DNA from: an uncultured Candidatus Saccharibacteria bacterium
GTDB lineage: Bacteria > Patescibacteriota > Saccharimonadia > Saccharimonadales > SZUA-47
NCBI GenBank assembly: GCA_964419675.1
Contig: CAYQPN010000003.1
Coordinates: 11,985 to 75,984, forward strand
Length of the DNA: 64,000 bases
Reading direction: 5' to 3'
Both the position numbers and the translations under genes were made by a program. The notes below the pieces were generated by a model. It made no database searches. It was not told the origin of the DNA and was given only the letters and a program-made list of their open reading frames with translations. Positions 57,506 through 64,000 of the stretch are shown piece after piece. Each line of letters starts with the position of its first letter. Position 1 is the stretch's first letter.

Positions 57506-58153
57506 TTATCCTCTCATTCTCCGAGGTAGCCTTATTTTGCTAAACGTACCCGGTACTCTTAGATATAATAGATCGGCCCATATCGGCCAGGTTGCTTTAA
57601 AATTTTTTATCTTGGCAGTAATATCACTGAACCTATCTGGAGCGCTTGAAGCCACACCCTCTACACCCAAGTAATCAATAGTAACTCTTGCAACACAGCC
57701 TAAAGATTTTAAAAATAAAGTTTTTAGCTCAGCATCTCTGAACTCCGGCATTCTATTATGAAATTCTGGTGGCAGATTAAGGTCCAAGGTGTGGTCATCG
57801 ATGTTCATTTTAACCCCGCATACGTCCAGTAACCCACAATCTAAAATATGCCTTGTTGTATGTTGCGTATATGCTAATTGATCCTTTGCTAATCTCCTTC
57901 CGGTATCGATGCCTAGTAATAAGCCATATGAAACAGCACTTGCTTCAGGGTGTGTGACGTTTTCAGCTAAGAAAGCAGCGTCGACTGTGCTTGTGATCAG
58001 ACTACGAGATGCTTTATAAAACGGCTCTTCAACTTCTCTTGCAAAGAAGTGGACAGCCGAAGCTGGGGTTAGTTCGCTAGCGAGGCCAACCAGAGCGTCC
58101 GTAAACATGGGCTGATAATCAATTTGGTAAGCCGGTTTCTGATTGTCACTCAT
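57506..58153 (-). CDS. Hypothetical protein (215 aa)
   Basis: ORF only. No motif recognised. Confidence 0.45.
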   Translation of the reverse strand: MSDNQKPAYQIDYQPMFTDALVGLASELTPASAVHFFAREVEEPFYKASRSLITSTVDAAFLAENVTHPEASAVSYGLLLGIDTGRRLAKDQLAYTQHTTRHILDCGLLDVCGVKMNIDDHTLDLNLPPEFHNRMPEFRDAELKTLFLKSLGCVARVTIDYLGVEGVASSAPDRFSDITAKIKNFKATWPIWADLLYLRVPGTFSKIRLPRRMRG

Positions 58154-58195
58154 TAGTAGATTTATACCACGTCCTTATTAATATATACTAGGTTC

Positions 58196-58927
58196 ATGAA
58201 GAGGAAGTTTGCGGTTTTTGATATTGACGGAACCTACTTCCGCTCGCATCTCTATTGGGAGACAACCTTGGCACTGGCGCGTGATGGCAAATTGCCTAAA
58301 GACATAAGCAAGTTTGCACTTGAATTGCACGATAAGTGGAAGAAACGCGTCCATACCCGAGCGTTTGAAGATTTTGACTATCAAACAGTTCGTAAATTAA
58401 ATGAACTCTTACATGAGATTAATCCTATACATCTAGATGAAACAATAAAAACAGTACTCAAACCAATGTTGGATTATGTGTACGTGTATCCGAAAAAGTT
58501 AAAAGAGAAGCTACAAAAAGAAGGCTACTTTATATTAGCCATTTCTGGCTCCAGAAAAGAAGAAGTCGAGCTTTTTTGTAAACATCATAAATTTGATGAC
58601 TGGATTGGGCAAACCTGGCACAGAACCTCAGACGGAAAGAAATTTACCGGAGAAGTTCATTCAACTTATAAAGACAAGCATCTTTTTTTAGATGATTTTA
58701 TTTCCAAACACAACTTAACAATGAAGGGTAGCGTAGCAGTTGGTGATACGGGGGGAGATATTTCAATTCTTGAGCTTGTAGATAACCCAATTGCTTTTAA
58801 CCCCAACCCTGATTTGCTTGCACATGCTCAAGAAAACGGCTGGACAATTGTCTTGGAACGTAAAAGCATTGCTTATACTCTGGAGAACCAAAATGGCGCA
58901 TACCTATTGGCAAAAACAGACGTCTGA
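58196..58927 (+). CDS. HAD-IB family hydrolase, paralog of 55431-56162
   Basis: FAVFDIDGTYF, ISGS and GDTGGDISIL motifs. Same architecture as 55431-56162. Confidence 0.8.
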   Translation: MKRKFAVFDIDGTYFRSHLYWETTLALARDGKLPKDISKFALELHDKWKKRVHTRAFEDFDYQTVRKLNELLHEINPIHLDETIKTVLKPMLDYVYVYPKKLKEKLQKEGYFILAISGSRKEEVELFCKHHKFDDWIGQTWHRTSDGKKFTGEVHSTYKDKHLFLDDFISKHNLTMKGSVAVGDTGGDISILELVDNPIAFNPNPDLLAHAQENGWTIVLERKSIAYTLENQNGAYLLAKTDV

Positions 58928-59672
58928 ACCACTTTTTCCGGATATTCTGTGGAGTAGGCCTGAATCAAAGTCTGTGGCAGGCAAGCTAGCTATTATAGGC
59001 GGGAATGCGCACGCATTTGGGGCTCCCGGCGTAGCCTATGCCACGGCTACGAGCTCAGGTATTGGACATGTAAAGGTATTATTGCCTGATGCAATCAAAA
59101 AAACCGTGAAGCACGTGTTGCCAGATGCAGATTTTGCCCCGAGTAACCCTAGCGGCAGTTTTTCGACTCAAGCGTTAAGCAGTTTTTTAGACATTGCCGA
59201 TTGGTCAGACGCCACAATATTGGCAGGCGATTTTGGTAGAAATAGCGAAACTGCCGTTTTGATTGAAAGTTTTATTGAAAAATATACCGGACTGCTTTGT
59301 ATCACCCAGGACACTGCTGATTATTTTAAAACAATAACCCAAAAACTATTTTCCAGACAAAATACCCTACTAGTAGTTAGCCTGGCACAGTTGCAGAAAA
59401 TGTATATTAATTTACCTAGTATTATCCCAATTACTTATGGTATGGAATCACCTCAGCTCGCCGAAGCAATGCATATTATCACACTAGAAAAACCAATTTG
59501 CTTAGTTACTAAGCATCATGACCAAATATTCGTAGCCCAGGGCGGGGAAGTTGTGTCCAACCCAGCTCCTGAAAACCCCTGGCGCGTAAAAACCGCCTCT
59601 AGAGCCACCGTTTTTTGGCTCCAAAACAAAGATAATGCTACAGAAGCAATATCAAGTAGCTTGTTTGTTTAG
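58893..59672 (+). CDS. YjeF C-terminal / NAD(P)HX-dehydratase-like carbohydrate-kinase-fold protein (divergent)
   Basis: The N-terminus RPESKSVAGKLAIIGGNAHAFGAPGVA resembles the family. The C-terminal GxGD motif was not seen. Start at ATG 58893, overlapping the upstream gene by 35 nt. Confidence 0.45.
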   Translation: MAHTYWQKQTSEPLFPDILWSRPESKSVAGKLAIIGGNAHAFGAPGVAYATATSSGIGHVKVLLPDAIKKTVKHVLPDADFAPSNPSGSFSTQALSSFLDIADWSDATILAGDFGRNSETAVLIESFIEKYTGLLCITQDTADYFKTITQKLFSRQNTLLVVSLAQLQKMYINLPSIIPITYGMESPQLAEAMHIITLEKPICLVTKHHDQIFVAQGGEVVSNPAPENPWRVKTASRATVFWLQNKDNATEAISSSLFV

Positions 59673-59710
59673 CCAGTACTTGTGTATACATTATTAATAT
59701 TGTATAATGT

Positions 59711-60787
59711 ATGTTAAATATGCATACAGCTACTACGCCGGAGTACAGTGGATTTCATGTTTTCGAAGACACACAAAGCCCTGAAGCTATGCTGGCGCGA
59801 GTATATTTATCCGGAACATCTAGAGACCTAGGGTCTGCGGTCCTGACAGAGTTAGGCCACAGACTTATTGACCAGCCAAACAACGAATATAGATACTTTG
59901 GTGCTTGGGCACTTTTAGAATCTGCTTTTCCAACTTATTTTAGTTTGGACCAATCTACAGAATCTGACCCAGGCAATGTTGATTTAATGCATGATTCCGG
60001 TAATGTTGGTTTTACTACCGGTGCACTACTAGAATCATTTAGGGTATTCGAAGGTATTGAAAGAAAAACTAAACACATAACTGAGATATCGGACGTTAGG
60101 AGAATTGATGATGAGACTATTCGTCAATTTGATCTTAGCATGAGAGCAGGACTGGTTATGGGATTAAAGCCTTTCTTTTTGCCGAAAACAACGACGCCCA
60201 TCAAGACTTACCGTGGTAACGGCGAGATAAGAACAGCCGATGCAGTTACCGAAGAATACTCCGTACGATGCAAAGTATTACGAAAACAAATAAATCACCT
60301 TATGGGTCTCCAAGACCAGCTACTAGCTGCTAATACAGATAAGAAAAAGTGGCCTGGAATTACATTTATCCAAGATATGCTCCGATTGGCACTGGGGAGT
60401 GAAGCTGAACTCAGACTCATAGGTTCGATTTGGCACGCAAAATCTAAAAATCAAGCCGGCGGACTTATCGCTGTACCGGCACCAATACGTCTTGACCTAG
60501 CATTTGGGCATAGAGAGCCACAAGCAGATGTTGTTCTGAGCAATCCCGATAGTGAAAAGAAGCTCGGTATCGACATGAAAAGGCACCGAAATCAACAAGG
60601 TGACAATATTCCCGGCCTATTAATAAAGTCAGATGGACACTTTCCGGTTTTAAAAGTTTCAGCGGATAAAATATTAAGATTTAGTAGAGCAGTAAGGGGC
60701 AGGGGTGTTCCGCCGTTTGAAGGGTTTGACGAACATCAAACAATCCCGATTGCACTAGCATTTGCAAATAGAATACAGGAACTATAG
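59711..60787 (+). CDS. Hypothetical protein (358 aa)
   Basis: ORF only. A TATAAT hexamer at 59703-59708 suggests the real start may be ATG 59720. Ends 12 nt from the 3' end of tRNA-Leu. Confidence 0.45.
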   Translation: MLNMHTATTPEYSGFHVFEDTQSPEAMLARVYLSGTSRDLGSAVLTELGHRLIDQPNNEYRYFGAWALLESAFPTYFSLDQSTESDPGNVDLMHDSGNVGFTTGALLESFRVFEGIERKTKHITEISDVRRIDDETIRQFDLSMRAGLVMGLKPFFLPKTTTPIKTYRGNGEIRTADAVTEEYSVRCKVLRKQINHLMGLQDQLLAANTDKKKWPGITFIQDMLRLALGSEAELRLIGSIWHAKSKNQAGGLIAVPAPIRLDLAFGHREPQADVVLSNPDSEKKLGIDMKRHRNQQGDNIPGLLIKSDGHFPVLKVSADKILRFSRAVRGRGVPPFEGFDEHQTIPIALAFANRIQEL

Positions 60788-60799
60788 GTGTTGTATAGT

Positions 60800-60884
60800 T
60801 GGTGGGCGAGGAGGGAATCGAACCCTCAATCCGTTAGGAACACGATTTTGAGTCGTGCGCGTATACCAGTTCCGCCACTCGCCC
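60800..60884 (-). tRNA. tRNA-Leu (anticodon CAA)
   Basis: Hand-folded 85-nt class II tRNA. Acceptor GGGCGAG/CUCGCCC, anticodon stem CACGA/UCGUG with loop CUCAAAA, long variable arm, T-arm GAGGG-UUCGAUU-CCCUC, encoded ACCA. Confidence 0.9.
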
Positions 60885-61007
60885 AAGGTGACTAAAATAC
60901 TAAGAAATTATACTACATCTAATCTGTTTAAAGTAGTGTTTAGAGTCCTAGTTACCCAGATTTCAGATGCTAGCCCCTAGTCCCCAAGATGTTATACTAT
61001 AAGCAAT

Positions 61008-62465
61008 ATGGCAACATCGGTAACTGCACCCTTATTAAATGAGGACGATGAGGATAAAAAGCCCCAAAAAAGGAAGGAGCTTTATCAAAAGCCGCTTCGT
61101 GGCGACGAGTTAAAAGACCAACTCGTAAAAGATAGAGCTACTAACGAATTGTTGCTTGCAGAACTATCAAAGAAGACCGCCGAGCTAGCAGAACAAGTTA
61201 AGGGTAAAGACACGCCCGAAGACAGAGTTTTGAAACTTGACGAACCCGACGATGAGGAGCCGAAAGATATATTCGAAAAACTCGACAAGATTTCTGAATC
61301 CGAAATGGCAGAACCAGAACCGAAAAAGTCTAGTGATGTTAATGCGGCAGTCGACCTTATCCGTAACAAACTTAATAACTTGTATGTGAAGGAGCCTGAT
61401 ACCGCAGAAGAAGCTGCTGAATCTATTGAGGCAGGCTCACACCGCTCAAAACATCAGCAATTCATGTATGATCTTACAACTTCGGGAAAATCACTAGCAG
61501 ATATCCAAACACAGTGGCATAACTATTATGTCGAACTACCGAACGAGGAGAAGCATGAAGTTTGGCAAGAATTCTACAGAGATCAAGAGTCAACTTCTCA
61601 ATATGTAAAGGCTCTTAACAGAGAAGGCACAAACAGAAATAATCGCTCCAAAAAATTGGTGCAAGGAACAACAAAAGCAAGCCCCAATGCACCAGAAACT
61701 AGAAGCATAGCGGAAATTAAGAATCAGCTAATGAACAAGGTTACGGCTGGCGGTAGACTCAAGCCTATACACCATATAAAATCTGCATTATTTGGTCTAG
61801 GGCTGGCAGGTATAGTTGGGCTCTTAGTTACATTTACGTTATTTAACGAAGTGTTTATTGCTCCGTTTATTAGCCCTAGTCGCTCCGTTAGCGCAACGCC
61901 AATTATAGGTGATGTCGAGGGCCCTGTAGGACCTGAGCCAAAAATAATAATTCCGAAGATTAATCTTGAGGTACCGGTTGTCTACGGTGGAATAACAGAC
62001 GAAAATGCTATACAGAAAGCATTAGAGGAAGGTGTAGTGCATTATGGAGGGTCTCCGACTCCCGGGCAACAGGGTAATGTAGTTATCGTTGGTCATTCGA
62101 GCAATAACATTTTAAACGCCGGCAAATATAAATTTGCTTTTGTTTTGTTAAAAAGGCTAGAGGTTGAAGATACCTTCTTTGTTCATAAAGACGGCGTAAG
62201 ATACACATACAAAATTTATGAAAAGAAAATTGTAAAACCAGAAGATACGTCAGTTCTGGGCCCTGCCCAAAAACCAAATTCAATAACGCTAATTACTTGT
62301 GACCCGCCTGGTACGTCGTTGAATAGGCTTATAGTTGTTGCTGAACAGATAACTCCTGACCCACTAGCAAACATCGCGCCTACAATTGAGGTTGACCAGG
62401 CACCTCCTGCAGAGTTACCTAGCAATGCACCAAGCCTATGGTCACGACTAACTGGCTGGCTATAA
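61008..62465 (+). CDS. Sortase with a long N-terminal charged cytoplasmic extension
   Basis: 485 aa. TM segment near residue 260, then the catalytic His (VIVGHSS) and the TLITCDPPG Cys motif. Confidence 0.85.
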   Translation: MATSVTAPLLNEDDEDKKPQKRKELYQKPLRGDELKDQLVKDRATNELLLAELSKKTAELAEQVKGKDTPEDRVLKLDEPDDEEPKDIFEKLDKISESEMAEPEPKKSSDVNAAVDLIRNKLNNLYVKEPDTAEEAAESIEAGSHRSKHQQFMYDLTTSGKSLADIQTQWHNYYVELPNEEKHEVWQEFYRDQESTSQYVKALNREGTNRNNRSKKLVQGTTKASPNAPETRSIAEIKNQLMNKVTAGGRLKPIHHIKSALFGLGLAGIVGLLVTFTLFNEVFIAPFISPSRSVSATPIIGDVEGPVGPEPKIIIPKINLEVPVVYGGITDENAIQKALEEGVVHYGGSPTPGQQGNVVIVGHSSNNILNAGKYKFAFVLLKRLEVEDTFFVHKDGVRYTYKIYEKKIVKPEDTSVLGPAQKPNSITLITCDPPGTSLNRLIVVAEQITPDPLANIAPTIEVDQAPPAELPSNAPSLWSRLTGWL

Positions 62466-62544
62466 AGAAGTAGATAACAGGTCTATTATCCTTCCTGACC
62501 TTGAGCTTGAGCCTGTAACCTATTGACAGAGCCTAGCGCCGAGC

Positions 62545-63993
62545 CTATCTGTCTGCTGGAACGAGCATGTTCGTAATAGTCAGCTGGGGTTGAGTCACAA
62601 CTACACCTTTCTCGTTCAAGATAGGTGGATTTAGCGCATACAATAATTTAAAATCTTTGGAAAAGAACCCACCAAAAACATTAGTTGAAGAAACCAATGA
62701 ATACCGATTGCTCCCATCGAAATCCATAATATTTTGAACCCCCATACCACTAAATAAGAAGTGCTGTCCATCTAACCAGCGGACATTCTGATTCAGATTT
62801 AGCTCTTCTCCAACAGAAAAATTATATGACCTGTCAGCGTTAAATTCATGGCTTGCAAAATTTTTCGCACCCCACGCCATCACAACACTCGAGTCATCTG
62901 AAATGCTTATACCTAGCGGGGTTTCTACACGAAGAACTGTTGTAGCAACCGGGATAGCAGAGTTAGAGTTATGATTAAGATAGTCTTCTGGGTCGTTATA
63001 GACAACCACTCGATTTTCTACCGGTGAGCCAATTGCCATTATTGGAGCAGTCCCTATTCTTGAAAGCTCAAGTAAATAATTTTTATCTTCTCTCAATTTT
63101 TTTATTAATATGTCTTTATCCTCACGCATAAACCTTGCTTCAACATACCCAGACTCTGTGCTGGAAGTAATATATATGACCCAGTCCGCACCAAAAGTCT
63201 TATATTCAATAACATTTGTCAGTAAAGGGGAGGGTGAAATACCAGAACTTAGGGTTGCAATACTCAGACTTTTTGTCTGCGAATCGTATGCAAAAAAGGA
63301 ATCTCTCTTTCTGTCTTGAAGGCTAATTTTTACTTTATTGTTACCCAGGGCGTTCCCGACGTTTATAGTTTGAGCAGGGTTTTCCCGGTCGATAAGTAGA
63401 TAGTCAGTTGAAACAGAATTCTCATAAGAAGCTAGGAAATACCTGTTGTCTTCAGCCCATTCAATAACTTTTAGTACGCCATCGTCCCCTTTAGTTACGA
63501 CAGTGGAGGGTATCGTCATATTAACTGGAGCTACGTCTGGCAGAGATGTATCCAGCAAGTCCAGCTTTAACGGTTCTTCAATATATGATACAACAACCCA
63601 TTTCCTATCAATACTCTGGCTCGAATTAGCGGGCAGGGTTCTCAGAGTTGAACCTAATGAGGTCTCTAATGATTCCGGAATAAGCCTTGCGTAGGTAAGG
63701 CTACGCAAACTTCCACCTTCTAAAGTCAGCGACCTACTCCAATTCCTATACCCATCCTTACTAAGCCCAAAATTATAAGTCCCCGATGGTATAACAAGCC
63801 TTGCGTCAGTTCTGCCACGCTGAAGTACTCCGTTCAGAGTAATTTTCGCACCTCCAGGTTTTGAGTCCAAATAAACAAGACCATTTTGAATAACTTCACC
63901 AGTATTTCGGTCGATATAATAACCATTTGCTAGGTACACGAGTATAGTAGTTGCGAATGCTATGGCTATACCAAATAAGACATAACCTATCAA
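62545..63993 (-). CDS. Membrane-anchored PEGA-domain protein with a beta-rich extracellular region (5' end possibly outside the window)
   Basis: 482 aa. N-terminal TM segment and a PEGA-like segment (GAKITLNG..IPSGTYNFGLSKDGY). The track start is a TTG at 63993 and the frame stays open to the window edge. Confidence 0.55.
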   Translation of the reverse strand: MIGYVLFGIAIAFATTILVYLANGYYIDRNTGEVIQNGLVYLDSKPGGAKITLNGVLQRGRTDARLVIPSGTYNFGLSKDGYRNWSRSLTLEGGSLRSLTYARLIPESLETSLGSTLRTLPANSSQSIDRKWVVVSYIEEPLKLDLLDTSLPDVAPVNMTIPSTVVTKGDDGVLKVIEWAEDNRYFLASYENSVSTDYLLIDRENPAQTINVGNALGNNKVKISLQDRKRDSFFAYDSQTKSLSIATLSSGISPSPLLTNVIEYKTFGADWVIYITSSTESGYVEARFMREDKDILIKKLREDKNYLLELSRIGTAPIMAIGSPVENRVVVYNDPEDYLNHNSNSAIPVATTVLRVETPLGISISDDSSVVMAWGAKNFASHEFNADRSYNFSVGEELNLNQNVRWLDGQHFLFSGMGVQNIMDFDGSNRYSLVSSTNVFGGFFSKDFKLLYALNPPILNEKGVVVTQPQLTITNMLVPADR

Positions 63994-64000
63994 TAGTCTT

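Noticed and set aside
58791-58892. N-terminal extension of the YjeF-C-like ORF.
   Set aside because: It overlaps the last 137 nt of the HAD-IB gene in another frame. ATG 58893 begins the family-like sequence.
62503-62546. Short GAGCTT/GAGCCT repeats between the sortase and PEGA genes, considered as a CRISPR or tandem repeat.
   Set aside because: The units are only 6 nt, irregularly spaced and four in number. There is no repeat-spacer periodicity. No CRISPR array was seen anywhere in the window.

Overview
Compact, moderately AT-rich bacterial chromosome segment using the standard genetic code (TGA acts as a stop in several ATGA gene overlaps). Small tightly packed genes, many orphan proteins and a sortase-type envelope suggest a reduced-genome lineage, possibly CPR/Patescibacteria such as Saccharibacteria; that placement is inference only. 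Recognisable content: rplJ-rplL, tdk, dnaX, dnaB, ybaB, recR, a DHH phosphoesterase, cysS, a glycosyltransferase/VanY/ZIP envelope block, queA, msrA, a UvrD-type helicase-nuclease fusion, an aquaporin, a complete F1Fo ATP synthase operon, cobO, smpB, pyrH, xth, rarA, two HAD-IB paralogs, a sortase, and tRNA-Gln(UUG) and tRNA-Leu(CAA). No rRNA, CRISPR array, transposase or integrase was seen. Main hunt results: (1) the F1 half of the ATP synthase operon carries four extra ORFs (108, 64, 58 and 154 aa) filling the atpA|atpG, atpG|atpD and atpD|atpC junctions, each joined to its neighbours by overlapping stop/start codons. (2) A 79-bp inverted-repeat element of identical length sits exactly on the start codon of two unrelated genes and is flanked by an ATGAA(T) duplication. 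(3) A ~6.9-kb cargo region next to tRNA-Gln is bounded by direct repeats resembling the tRNA 3' end and carries an amino-sugar-type operon. (4) The tRNA-Gln gene lies in a nest of partial copies of itself and a 24-nt inverted repeat. (5) There is a tandem duplication of a structured leader upstream of rplJ. (6) Several long intergenic hairpins, a 36-bp perfect palindrome, consensus DnaA boxes and a recurrent TGCTATAAT leaderless-promoter arrangement are also present. All functional calls rest on motif recognition by eye; no database search was run.
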